Source: Bugula neritina
Lineage: Eukaryota; Animalia; Bryozoa
Length of the DNA stretch: 64,000 nucleotides
NCBI GenBank assembly: GCA_964035545.1
Contig: OZ037766.1
Location: forward strand, 6,314,722-6,378,721
Direction of reading: 5' to 3'
Both the position numbers and the translations under genes were made by a program. This document shows, piece after piece, positions 38,624-51,742 of the stretch (positions within the stretch are counted from its first letter, which is position 1; every line of letters begins with the position of its first letter). Under the pieces are notes generated by a model that worked only from the letters and a program-made list of their open reading frames with translations, was not told the origin of the DNA and ran no database searches.

Positions 38624-40525
38624 TTAGGGCAGTGAGGTCACCTTGTATACAAAGCAACTTTATTGTTTTGACCTGCTGATAGACCAATTCCTGACATATA
38701 ATAGTAACTTCTACTATAAAAACACTTTCCAGTAGTTGTCATGGTAACATGGGATAATCCTCTTCTTATGTATATTAATACTAAAACTTTGTTAAACCTT
38801 GAAATAATTACTTTGTTTGTTTCAAGTGTTTCTTACTTTTATCAAATTAATAAAGATTAGTCTTTAGTCTGTATTGCAGCATCTATAAACAAATGGAAAG
38901 CTGCAGTAAGATACTTGACTGATTTTTATTAGCACGAAGTTCCCAAGTTCCCAAGCAAATGAAGTTTCAAAATGCTTTTGGTATGGTTTGATGCTTGATG
39001 CGTAATGTATTAAGGAACCAATAATATCTTTACAAAACTGTCAATGATTATATTCTTACAGATTAGTCAACTCTGTCTTGATAGTGCAGAAACAGCTGAT
39101 TTCCATGAGGCCTAAATTAAGCAAATTGATGTGTTTTTTGTTTGTCTTCAAACACACTCATGCAACTACATTTATAAGACCATTGACAAAAACAGAATTG
39201 CTGTTCTAGTTATGGTAAATTGTACCACCACAGCGCCATATAGTAAACATTCAGAATAATAAATTGCCAATAATCATTGTTTTAGATCTGCTCTTTTTTT
39301 CAAAAGAAAATTCTTAGTTTGATAATAGCTTAAGATCCTCATCAACAGAAACCCCCCCCCCCCCTATGATGAGTATGGCGACTTCTTATAGGTGGTACAA
39401 GACTGTTGTTTGTGTATGTATTTCAGGACAAGACATGGAAACTAATACCAGCATATAATCTATTATCTCATCCATCAAAGTAGGAATGACGGATGTATTG
39501 TATTAGCTGAGATATTATACCTGTTTGTGTGTTGCAACACATTACACTATGTACTATGTATATTATATTAAGAGTTAGCAAACCTTACAAATATGTTTTG
39601 ACTAGTACATTAGCTTCTTCTATTGCAGAGGCCATGAGCTATACAACATTAAGTTCTGTGTTAAAACTTTTTGAGAGCTTTTTTATAACGCCTAGGGCCT
39701 CATTTTGATAGAATTTCTCTTGCTAACTCTATGCTTCTGTGTCATTGTATCCATCCCACTGCAACATAAAATTTTGAAATTTGTTGTTTTTCACATTTGC
39801 TCAAAGTTAAACAGGATATTTCTGCATAAATATCTTAAATTAAAATATAGAAGTATGTCTCTTTCATTTTTATTAATATGTTCAAAAGGTTCAAGGTTTC
39901 TCTCCGTAGACTTGATGGTGCCGAACTTGTAATATCATATTATGTGTTATAGATTGGGTGTGTGATTATGTGGTTGTGCTATATTTTCATATTTGTCCCA
40001 GCTAGAAACAAAATGCAAACAGAGATACATAAAAATAGCTATAAATGCCAACTGAATAACGAATGCAGGGTCTTACAAAGGAACCCAAAATTTGAATTTG
40101 AATTGTTTTGAAAGCTTTACCAACTTGCTTAGCTATATTATGTTATACCTAAAGCATTTTACTTTATAATGGGAAATTTTTTGTTATTGTTGAGATCACT
40201 GTATAAATCACTCTGATTCAGGATATTATCTGGAAATAGAAACTGGAATTATGACTGTATTTCTCCTGTGTAGATCTGCAATAAACCAAATAACAATGCA
40301 TAACGCTAGCAATGTATCAGTTGTGGACACAATGACACGCTTCAGTGGTTGCCATGGTTATATGAGAAAAGTCTTTAAGGTTAGAGGATATGTTGTCATA
40401 AATAATACCATTGGCTGTCTAATAGATATTTACTACATGAAATAATTACTGCAAGGCGTTAGTAGTTTCCAGTCAACATTAATATAAGTTTGCTCAAGGG
40501 GAGAAAAAATAAAGTCAATGCTATC

Positions 40526-40931
40526 ATGTCAAGGAAAAATTTGAAAAGATTTACAGCTACAGTAGTACTTTTAGCTACTCTTATAAACAATCTACTAGCA
40601 CAGGATTCTTCAGCTAACGTAATTTTAGAAAACTTCATGAAATTCAATGGAATACCAACAACGATTCCTCTTGGATTATTATCAGAGTCTCAAGATATTG
40701 AGAACATAGAACTCGTGAATGGGACATGTTTTCAATACGGGGTGCACTCTTTCAACAGATGTAAGTACTATTCGGACTGCTGCCTTATGACTTCTGCTAA
40801 ACCCATGGAGCAGTTGGCTTACAACACATTTTCATGTCATGATAACTTCTACATAGTAGATAAATGTCCCCAGGAAACTCTGAATAAGGAACTAAAGTCT
40901 TTATGTGAAGATTTCAGCTCTACAGAGTCTG
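40526..40931 (+). CDS. Gene E exon 1
   Basis: atcATGtca; donor TCT G|gtaagc. Confidence 0.8.
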
Positions 40932-41252
40932 GTAAGCATAGAGAATGAGATTAGGCTTTCAATAACTTACTATTTATTTTATAATACAATGAGGCTTTAT
41001 GTTTTTGAACTATAATTGTTTGATTTGGAGAATGTACAAGCTTTGATATCACATGATTCGGGTACTTTATGTTTCATAATAGTAATATGATATCTGCAAA
41101 ACTTTATAAATTTTTGAGACAAATGAAGAAAAGTAGTCAATATGAACTTTAAAAACTGTAAAGCAAGTTTAGCAGAAACAGTATAATACACATGATATTC
41201 ATATTTACCATCTTACTAGCTACACAGCTGTATGTTATACCATTATTTGTAG

Positions 41253-41517
41253 ATCTATCACTGAAACGTTGGCCAGTACGAGGTTTAGTAACTCATCTCA
41301 CATATAAGAATGTCTTCTGTGCCATGTGTAATGGCATTGATCCTCAGGCTAGTGTGCGATTTTCAGACCAGTTATGGTTTGGTGATCCGAATAAGGTAAA
41401 TGATAGTGTGAGTACCATAGAATGGTGGCCAGCAAAGGTAGAGTGTAGTGCTGAGGCTATTGAAGAATATCTCTCTTCAGATACTGACCACGAAAGCCTA
41501 ATAACAATTGTAAAAGA
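41253..41517 (+). CDS. Gene E exon 2
   Basis: tttgtag|AT CTA ... AAA GA|gtgagt. Confidence 0.8.
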
Positions 41518-42499
41518 GTGAGTATTAAATAAACAAGATTAATATACCTCAATGTTGTCAACTTAGACAAAATCTCTCTTTCTCTCTGTCACTGTCTGTT
41601 TCTCTCTCTTGTGGATTGGGTAGCAGATTGTGACTGTCATAACAGCATAATTATTTTCTTTTGCAGAAAAAGCAATTTGATAGAATACAAGTTTCAGCAC
41701 ATAACCACCTCATTTACTAGTAATAACATGATCATGGTTATTAATAGTTATGGCTGGAATTTGACTTTTCCTAAGCTATGACTTGATTTGTTTAAGCAGA
41801 ATGTGGCTGAACTTGTTGGGGTTTACTCTAACAATATATATGAAGGCTGTGACATAAAAATAGATGGTGGTAATGCTGCATAACATGTGCATGATGGGTT
41901 TGAAAAGTCATATGTCAGCTTTTGTATTTTACTTTCCACAGACGCAATGATACTTTATTATACAAATAACCTTATACTCTACATATATAGCACTCCTTTT
42001 AGTGTTTGTCAGTACTCTGAATAGCTCTCATATAGATGATCTTGAAATAGGCTTACTTGCTGAATTTAGAGACAGCATTGATTGAATAATAGCTCTACAG
42101 TGTCCTTAGAGCTATGAAATATAGCATGAATCTATACCTGTAAATTTTACAAACATACCATTATAGAAACTAGGGGACAATGCCAGCAGTTTTGTTGATG
42201 TAATGCTATAATCAATGCCAGAGCAGTGCAGTAAAGATGTAAATAACATTCTCAGACAGTTAACGCTTCTCAGAAACTGTATAAGCTTGACCAGTCTTGT
42301 ATTATAGGTACTATTCTTTAGGATTTTACATATTACATTACAATAACACAATTCTAATATAGAATTTAGCATGAAAGTTACAGCTTGATGATAAAAGCAC
42401 ATTAAATATAAGTAAAATTATTAACAATTTTTGAGCTTTATAATACCATTATTATAACTGCGGTATTGTAGGATATGCATCATTGTCTTCATTCTGTAG

Positions 42500-43312
42500 A
42501 TCCTGCAAGACATTATACTTACCACCAGAGTCTCCAGATCTGTGTTGGGACGCTGTGAGGACGTGCCCTACTAACTCTAATACCGAGTTAAAGACAATTT
42601 GTGAGAAAGGACCTGTCAACTACATCAACATCACAAGTTTAAACCTAGTATATCGAAACCAGTTCTGTGCCTTGTGTCATGATGTGGACCTTCTACTAAC
42701 GAACATTGATTTACCACAACTGCCAAAGTTGAATGCTTTAACGTTGGAACTGTTTTGGGACAAGAAAAGCAATAAACTTAAAATAAAACAAGATCTGTCG
42801 TCCCTAGACGACTCAAAGACATTGATGTTTGCAAGACCAACTATGTTCAACTTGACAGACTTGTCTAATAACTTTACAAATTTCAAAGTTGATGAGGATT
42901 TTGAGTGCTCTTTTTTTGCAGATCAAACAGCAAGTTACTGTGAAGAGCGTGTAACACAGCTAAACAATTCTTCTAAAACTAATACCACCAATGTGCCAGT
43001 ATGGAACTTGGGATCCATGGCTTGTTTTAGCAACGTGAGGAAAATATGTGACCGGTTTCTCATACCTCAAGTTGTAAATAGTGATATGTGTACAGAATCA
43101 GGGTGTGGATTTGGACATGTTTTTGACCCTGACACTTTGCAGTGCTATAATCTGAACACTTATGGCTCAGTCAGCAACATCGTGACAGAAAACAGTGACT
43201 TGCAGTGGCATTCACACTCAGTATGCGCCTACCAAAGTCAATGCAAAGCTGTGGAGTTGGGAATAAAGAAAGAACATGAGCTGAATTGTTATTGTGATAA
43301 ACACTGTATGTA
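42500..43312 (+). CDS. Gene E exon 3, 5' part (before TE)
   Basis: ctgtag|A TCC TGC ... CYCDKHCMY then TE; read-through stop TAA at 43326-43328. Confidence 0.78.
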
Positions 43313-45028
43313 CCGTAAAATGGGGTAACATTGGCCGTTTTGAGACATATTTTGGGTGTCATATGAAAGGATTACAATATTCTTTAAAATTTTTGGATGC
43401 TAAATGAAGCTTATCAACATATGCACTAAATGAAAGAACCATTTGCAGTTTAGGACTGCTAGATCTCCTGTGGTATTAAAAAAAGTAGGTGGCCAAAGTT
43501 ACCCTATTTTCGGGGTAACTTTGGCCGGTGTCGTTATTCTCCATGTAGCTAAAGTTAGCAGCACTTGGAGCTTTTTTAGCCAGTTAGAAATTAAAGAACA
43601 ACATTATTCAACTTCATTACTACAAAAAAAAATTATTTTAGACAAAATGCAAGCTATAATAGTGTAATTATTGCATTGAAACCACAGCTATTCGAGGTAC
43701 ATTGTTGTTAAGTGTAAAAACTTTTGTATATGTATAAAAAATCAGGTATTTTGCTGGCAACATTGAATAAATCACTGTACAAGTTCAAATTCCATTGAAT
43801 TTAATCTAAAATTCAAGTATGCCCTTTCAAACTATAGGCTGTAGCAGTTGTCTGTAGATCTTTTAAATAATGCGTAATGTCTTCAGAATTAACTGTTGCC
43901 CATTCCGGTGCTATGTTTTGGCACAACCTGTGAGACAAGCTATCTTTATGTCTTGACATAAAACTGAGACTCCAGTGATCTTGAGGGTAGTTGCTTTTGA
44001 AATGTTGCACTCTTCTCTCACATTTGTCAAAATAGGTCTTGACTATTATTCGAAAGTCTGTTTTATCTAATGGAAAGCCCCATTGAGCCAGCTTTGTAGT
44101 AGGTATGGTCAACAATGGCTACCTCCTCTACTTGTGATAACACAGCTTGGCGTCCAGGCTTCAGCTTGTGTCTTCATGCGGCTCTGTTTTGTAGTGTTCC
44201 TTTGGTAATATCATAGTTCTAGCCACTTCTTGTCAAGACTTTCCAGCTGCCAATTCTTGTGAATAAAGCAAAACCAATGATCTCCTCATTCAACATATCT
44301 TGGAGATGTTACTTTTCTTTAATATTTTTTGAGTATAATTGTCTTGAAAAATACATTTTACAATGCATAGTCAAATTCTTATATAAAAAAAAACATTAAA
44401 CACAAAATTGCTGTCTGGGAACAAAAATGCATCATTCCCCATGTAATTATTTCATATTTCGGACTCTAAGTTGTTTCAAATATATAACTAAAGCATTGGG
44501 TATAGGTAAATCAAATGATTGTGCCTTTAGAGAGTAATGTACTATGTGTCTGAAGTAACAGAAAATTCGCAGCGCTGCCAGAAACCTACTTTGGAGTACC
44601 ATTTAGTCATGGCCAAAGTTACCCCAAATTCGTCAAAAATTGTACACAGTGAATTCAAGACACATATTTTAACTTTTGGTTTCAATTTATTTACCTAAAT
44701 TACAAATATCCTGGTTAAATACTTACCAAAGTTCTTTAATACAAAAAAGAAAATGAGTCCAGCTTTTCTAATGCCTTCAAATAGATTAAAGTTGGACAGC
44801 GCTGAAAATCTTGTTGTCAAACAGGAAATTGAAAATGGCTGACAGCAAGAAGCAGCAAATAAGTATATCAATTATTTTTCAGGAATAGGATGCACCAATC
44901 TGCAGTCAGTGCATATATACAATTAAAATATCTTTAGACCTCATAGATATAGCACCAGCTACATTTTAAACATTTTTTCCAAAGTGGCCAAAGTTACCCC
45001 AAGTGGCTAAAGTTACCCCATTTTACGG
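43313..45028 (-). mobile_element. pogo/Tc1-mariner superfamily DNA transposon, non-autonomous, 1716 bp (copy 1)
   Basis: 17-bp perfect TIR CCGTAAAATGGGGTAAC; TA TSD; subterminal GGGGTAACTTTGGCC repeats. Minus-strand broken ORF with psq-like HTH (YDITKGTLQNR..KPGRQAVLSQVEE) and CENP-B-type HTH (WGFPL...W..SFMSRH); no DDE domain seen. Confidence 0.92.
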
Positions 45029-45030
45029 TA

Positions 45031-45294
45031 CTTTAATGATTGCTGTGAAGATTCACCATACCAACCTACCAAACAGACAGTCCTAGAAGATGGGACATTT
45101 TCCTGTGTGTATGACAGATCTGAGTTGAAAAGTGGAGCAGATGATGAGGGCTATTCATGGGGGATAATGCAAGTGGAAGCTTGCTCAAAATCGTATAGCA
45201 ACAGTGAAATAAAAGATCTATGTGAAAATCCTCTCAAAGATGGAAAGTTGAGTTACCAAAATATCCCGGTCTCTTCTCTGGATACTGGATTAAG
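45031..45294 (+). CDS. Gene E exon 3, 3' part (after TE)
   Basis: Resumes FNDCCEDSPY... ends TTA AG|gtatgt. Confidence 0.78.
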
Positions 45295-45791
45295 GTATGT
45301 TGGTTTCACAATATAACATTTTATATAATATAAAATGCAGCTCCATAGAAATAGTAAACAAATTCGATCAGTAAACTTTATTAGAATGAAAGTTTTAACC
45401 TAGTTAGCAATTTCCTCAAGTGAAATTGTAAGCATTGTTTGGAGAAATAGGTTTGCTGACATATTCTGAATAATGAGCATAGTAGAGAGGAAGATAGGGC
45501 AACAAAAATGAATGAAGACAGTATAAAACAAAGAGAGAGATTTTCTGGCAATAACACAATGCATATAATATACCATCCATCAAAATCCGTGCATATTATA
45601 ATTAACAAATACATATTTTTATACAATGTTTTATGGTGTTTTTAAACCCTATTGATTGAATGAGTCATCTTATCAAAGAAGACTCAAAACTTAGCTTATT
45701 TGAGCTGAATAAACCAACCTGACCGATGACTCACTTGTAAGTACTGTTTAATAAAAGCATTTACTTTGAAAGATATTTATAATATTTATAG

Positions 45792-45980
45792 ATACTCCAA
45801 CTTATACTGTGCAATATGCAATGATGTCAAAGAAATCCGTTATTGGAGAGTAGACGTGGGTTGCATTAAAGTGGCTAATGACAAGTGTAATTATGCTCAA
45901 GGATCAGTCAGCCAAGAAATACCTTTTCTTTCTAATATATTCCGGAAGAATCCAACTGTAACAGAACTGAAACACAGCGA
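45792..45980 (+). CDS. Gene E exon 4
   Basis: ttatag|A TAC TCC ... AGC GA|gt; donor interrupted by TE copy 2. Confidence 0.78.
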
Positions 45981-45983
45981 GTA

Positions 45984-47699
45984 CCGTAAAATGGGGTAAC
46001 ATTGGCCGTTTTGAGACATATTTTGGGTGTCATATGAAAGGATTACAATATTCTTTAAAATTTTTGGATGCTAAATGAAGCTTATCAACATATGCACTAA
46101 ATGAAAGAACCATTTGCAGTTTAGGACTGCTAGATCTCCTGTGGTATTAAAAAAAGTAGGTGGCCAAAGTTACCCTATTTTCGGGGTAACTTTGGCCGGT
46201 GTCGTTATTCTCCATGTAGCTAAAGTTAGCAGCACTTGGAGCTTTTTTAGCCAGTTAGAAATTAAAGAACAACATTATTCAACTTCATTACTACAAAAAA
46301 AAATTATTTTAGACAAAATGCAAGCTATAATAGTGTAATTATTGCATTGAAACCACAGCTATTCGAGGTACATTGTTGTTAAGTGTAAAAACTTTTGTAT
46401 ATGTATAAAAAATCAGGTATTTTGCTGGCAACATTGAATAAATCACTGTACAAGTTCAAATTCCATTGAATTTAATCTAAAATTCAAGTATGCCCTTTCA
46501 AACTATAGGCTGTAGCAGTTGTCTGTAGATCTTTTAAATAATGCGTAATGTCTTCAGAATTAACTGTTGCCCATTCCGGTGCTATGTTTTGGCACAACCT
46601 GTGAGACAAGCTATCTTTATGTCTTGACATAAAACTGAGACTCCAGTGATCTTGAGGGTAGTTGCTTTTGAAATGTTGCACTCTTCTCTCACATTTGTCA
46701 AAATAGGTCTTGACTATTATTCGAAAGTCTGTTTTATCTAATGGAAAGCCCCATTGAGCCAGCTTTGTAGTAGGTATGGTCAACAATGGCTACCTCCTCT
46801 ACTTGTGATAACACAGCTTGGCGTCCAGGCTTCAGCTTGTGTCTTCATGCGGCTCTGTTTTGTAGTGTTCCTTTGGTAATATCATAGTTCTAGCCACTTC
46901 TTGTCAAGACTTTCCAGCTGCCAATTCTTGTGAATAAAGCAAAACCAATGATCTCCTCATTCAACATATCTTGGAGATGTTACTTTTCTTTAATATTTTT
47001 TGAGTATAATTGTCTTGAAAAATACATTTTACAATGCATAGTCAAATTCTTATATAAAAAAAAACATTAAACACAAAATTGCTGTCTGGGAACAAAAATG
47101 CATCATTCCCCATGTAATTATTTCATATTTCGGACTCTAAGTTGTTTCAAATATATAACTAAAGCATTGGGTATAGGTAAATCAAATGATTGTGCCTTTA
47201 GAGAGTAATGTACTATGTGTCTGAAGTAACAGAAAATTCGCAGCGCTGCCAGAAACCTACTTTGGAGTACCATTTAGTCATGGCCAAAGTTACCCCAAAT
47301 TCGTCAAAAATTGTACACAGTGAATTCAAGACACATATTTTAACTTTTGGTTTCAATTTATTTACCTAAATTACAAATATCCTGGTTAAATACTTACCAA
47401 AGTTCTTTAATACAAAAAAGAAAATGAGTCCAGCTTTTCTAATGCCTTCAAATAGATTAAAGTTGGACAGCGCTGAAAATCTTGTTGTCAAACAGGAAAT
47501 TGAAAATGGCTGACAGCAAGAAGCAGCAAATAAGTATATCAATTATTTTTCAGGAATAGGATGCACCAATCTGCAGTCAGTGCATATATACAATTAAAAT
47601 ATCTTTAGACCTCATAGATATAGCACCAGCTACATTTTAAACATTTTTTCCAAAGTGGCCAAAGTTACCCCAAGTGGCTAAAGTTACCCCATTTTACGG
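45984..47699 (-). mobile_element. pogo/Tc1-mariner superfamily DNA transposon, 1716 bp (copy 2)
   Basis: Same length, TIRs and ORF translations as copy 1; own TA TSD (45982-45983, 47700-47701). Confidence 0.92.
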
Positions 47700-48441
47700 T
47701 AAGCTTTTTTTAAATGAATATGATGAGTAAAATATAATTTAGTTTGTTCGTACTGACTCGACAACATGCAGTAGTAGAGTCAAGGTGTCTCTGGTCTATA
47801 ATCAGAGAACGTGACTGTCCTAAAAATACCTTATAATATGTAATAGCTGTTCTGACAAATTAACGTAATAAGAAGTTTTATTGAGCAATTCTGAAAGTAG
47901 CTTTATAGCTATTTCTATGCCACAAGGCGTTATGATACAGACTAGGATAAGTTATAATTAAATCACAAACAGTATTCTGTAGAATTTTAAACTCTTTTAA
48001 AAAAGCAGCCTATGCTTATACAAATGCAGAAGTTTAACAAGTTGAGCAAATGACACGATTATTATAGGTTCTAGTGAAATTGATTAGATCTTAGGTAAAA
48101 TAGTTATGAAAAAGATGGTACTTTCTTGCATGGGCATGAAACCTGGTAAAGCCTTGCAGTCCCTGCCATTCCTTATTTGTTTTTTGTAGGTAGATAAGTT
48201 TTCTTTTGGTGCAAATCAAGTTTCAAACAGGCACTGCTTTTTGTCATTTCCAGCAGCCAACTTAAACTAGAACACTTTTTGTCTAAGAGTAATTCTAGTT
48301 CACAATGCAACTGTACCTGTATAGAAACAATAACACTTGATGTACCCATAGGGCATAGACCTATAAGCCAATTTAAATGCATTGTTGATGCTTGAATGCA
48401 CATGTTGAAAATCTGTAGTTGTGTTGGAAAATAGAAAAACT

Positions 48442-48792
48442 AAATTGTCTATTAGAACAGATTTTAGGTAAAATGGCACAGTAAAAATAGCACAGGTAAT
48501 AATGGCACCGGTAATAAGGACACAAATAGAAAAGTAGGAAACAATGGCACACTGATGTTAAATTTTCCCAAACTCAAACCCTCAACCCTTAAACCCCAAC
48601 CCTAAACTCAAACCCTCATTTGCAAACCCAAACCCCCATTCTAAACCCCAAACCTCACCCCAAACCGTAATAATGAAAATGTGCCATTTTTACCTACTTT
48701 GCCACTAGTTCCATTATTGTCTGTGCCATTATTGTCTGTGCCATTATTATCTGTGCCATTATTGCCTGCGCCATTTTTACCAGACACAATTT
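48442..48792. mobile_element. Non-autonomous foldback/Helentron-associated-like element in gene E intron 4
   Basis: 15-bp tandem units GGTAATAATGGCACA at the left and inverted (GTGCCATTATTGTCT) at the right, with a central degenerate AAACCC/CCCTAA tract; absent from gene C intron 4. Confidence 0.65.
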
Positions 48793-48822
48793 GAACATAC
48801 CCTTCTTCATCTATGATTGCAG

Positions 48823-50905
48823 ATGCGAGATAAAGCAATATTTACCTCCCTTAGAGCTGGTAGATTCAGTACGAAGGTGCAAATTTGATGCAGCAAACTA
48901 TGTAGCTTCATGTCCCAAACATGCTGAGCATTGGAAAATATCGGACATGTGTTCTAATGGCCCCGCCTCCTTTGTATATGATGGTGGGGAATTGATAAGT
49001 CTAGTGAAGAAATACTACTCTTTTCCAGTCAACAGCATTGGCACTAGTTATGGGACAAGTATTTTGAGTTATGGCCAAAAGAATAAATATAGGAACAGCT
49101 ATTGTGCTAGTTGTAATGGTGTGGCTTGGCTTGGATGTGATGCAGAACCAAATGTTATTGTTACTGGAACATCAGAATATGCATTTGATAGATGGTTAAG
49201 GTACCAGAAGTATGTGATGAAGTTTTTGTTTGTTTATGAAATAGATTTGAATGAGCGAACATGCAACATGAATTCGGATGCTGTGCTGCTATACAGCGAT
49301 TTCAACACAACTCAAGACACTTGTTTAAACATAAGTCACCACCTTAAACAGTGTAACTGTTCCAGCATACTAGACTTGGAGTCAGAAACATGTATCCCAA
49401 CACCGTTTGTAAATGACAAGTGCAGAGAGAACAAATATGAACCAGAAACATTCAAAGTTACAAACCATGGAATAAAAAATTGTGGAAAAAACTTTGAATA
49501 TTTACCTTTGTCTACTCAGGTTGCAGTCGATAAATGCTTTCAGTGTTCCATAAATGTAACAGGTGATGATTGTCGGCGTGAGTTTGAGCAGTTCACTGGT
49601 AGCCCTGATGTAGTTGTAAACTCTGTAAACAGTGTGCATTGTGCTCTAATTGCTTTGATTAGATGTAATGTATCTGATATAGAAGATTCCTATTGTGCAG
49701 AAGATTTTGGTCAATTCGGATTATCTTCTGGCACTTTTGGTGAAGAGATAACTCCAAAAATTTCTCTGCTAAATTCCTTAGCAATTTCGTATCAATCAAC
49801 CGAATTTAATTTTGAAGTTTACTTGGAAAAGTTGGCTTCACTTGGCGTGAAACTTTTGTTTTCAACATTTAATAACGAGAGTTTAAACAGTCAATGCGTT
49901 GAATACTCACTAACAAGTAATCAAACTAGTTGGTTAATCTGCAGAAATGGTGAGTTACAGAGAACCTCAGATCAAACTCATTACGATGACTACTTATTGT
50001 GGAATGATGAGATACGAGTATGCACTAAAACTGCTGTACCAGAATTTGTTCTTGCAACTCACGACTACATCTTTTCTTCATTATCCATTCTGTTCATCCT
50101 GATCTATGTTGCTTATTATTTTACAAAATTAAAAAAGACTGTGACAGGTAACTTTGTAGTCAGTTCTATGATTACACTGATGTTTGGATTAGTGTTTTAC
50201 TGCCTCATCAATGAGACAAAATTTTTCATATCTTGTCGGATCATTGCTTCCTGTACACAATACTTCCTTATTGCTGTACACACCTGGACAAATGCTGTTG
50301 GAATTTTAATGATAAAAGGCATTTCCTCTTTCAAACTTGCTAGTCAATCGAGCTGGAAAAAGTATGCTTATTATGCTGCATATGCCTGGCTCACCCCACT
50401 CATATTTGTAATAATTGCTTACTCTCTTGATGCAACTAAACCTCACAGTCTATACCCAGTGTTTTCTGATCAAATTTGCTTTATTGCTCGTGGGTGGATA
50501 AGACTATTAGTTTTCACTGGACCCATATATTTATTAGTGGTGGTAAACGTTACCATGTGTATTATAGCAAGTGTCATTGTAGCAAAGTCAGGAAATAAAA
50601 TAGCTGTTGATGACAAGCAAAGAACTCTGAAGAAAGTGGTTACCATTGTTAAACTCCAAGTAATTTTTGGATTTGAATGGTTTTTGCTTCTTTTTACTGA
50701 AATCAAAGGTCCTCACCAGACTGGCCTATGGATTGCTCTCAATGTGTTTATGACATTACAAGGAGTACTAGCAGTGTTAGCCCAGTTAGTTACTTCTGCA
50801 AACATTAGAAAATGCATGAACTGGTTTAATTCAAAGATTAGAAATCATAGTCCTAAGAATTCACAAAGTGCCTCAAACAAAACTGTTGAAACTGAGTTTC
50901 ACTAA
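48823..50905 (+). CDS. Gene E exon 5 (module 4, stalk, 7TM)
   Basis: ttgcag|A TGC GAG; ORF track 48791..50905. Confidence 0.85.
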
Positions 50906-51742
50906 TTAACAGATACTTTGTTTTAGTAAATATTTTTTTAAATTATTCATGCTTGTACTGCTTAGTATACTATGAGAAATGTTTTACAATGGGTGCCCAA
51001 TTTAAATTAACTCTTTGATCATTGCGATTTTATGTTTATAAAACAAAAATATGATTGAAGTATTAAAAAATATTTAATATTTTAATATTTTGTTTGCGCA
51101 TATAACAAAACAACAGAAAAATTGCAATTTAGTGGTTCAATGCTTTAATTTCACAGCTTTCTAACTTATATATCAAAGTTACAATTTACAAATATATATA
51201 TAGGTGTACCAGTTATTACTATCTTGTTTACTAATAACCTAGGTACTTAAGATTTTATTGTCTGCTAAATTTTATATAGTCTGTTAATGAACAAAAGATA
51301 AACAGATTTTTTACTATAACAATCCTTTAACATTGTATAAAGCCATTTGTTTATTCATTTATGTTTATATCTATAATATATTGAAGAATTTATTTAACTA
51401 TATATAGTTGTTAGCCAGTTTAGATTACAGTAGTTTATAGAATACTTTTTTCTCTTTCTGCAAAGCATAATATATTCTTGCACATTCTAAATTATTTAAA
51501 TATTTATTATTGCTAATCACAGTTGGAAACTATCCTGGTTGTTATTATAGCTTATTTACAACTTTAATATATAGTTTGATCAAATATTTGCTTGATTCAC
51601 AATTTTACATATGTCAATAGAAATGATAAATATAAAACAATCATTAATAATTTGAAAATAGTTTTATAGCAGCAATCTTTCTCAATTTTATGTTACTATA
51701 AAACTTTCTACTTACAGTTTGGTTTATAATTGTTATAAACTC

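Larger units (their letters stand above)
40526..50905 (+). pseudogene. Gene E: GPCR paralog disrupted by two transposon insertions
   Basis: Exons 40526-40931, 41253-41517, 42500-43312 + 45031-45294 (split by TE), 45792-45980 (donor interrupted by TE), 48823-50905. Removing the TEs restores an open frame. Confidence 0.8.

Noticed and set aside
43313-47699. Two direct 1.7-kb repeats as the LTRs of one retroelement or a simple tandem duplication
   Set aside because: Each copy has TIRs and its own TA duplication, and the sequence between them is host exon/intron sequence.
48641-48838. ORF with NNGTD repeats and CCCTAA-like tract
   Set aside because: Translation of 15-bp tandem repeats inside a non-autonomous element; the CCCTAA-like units are degenerate, not a telomere.
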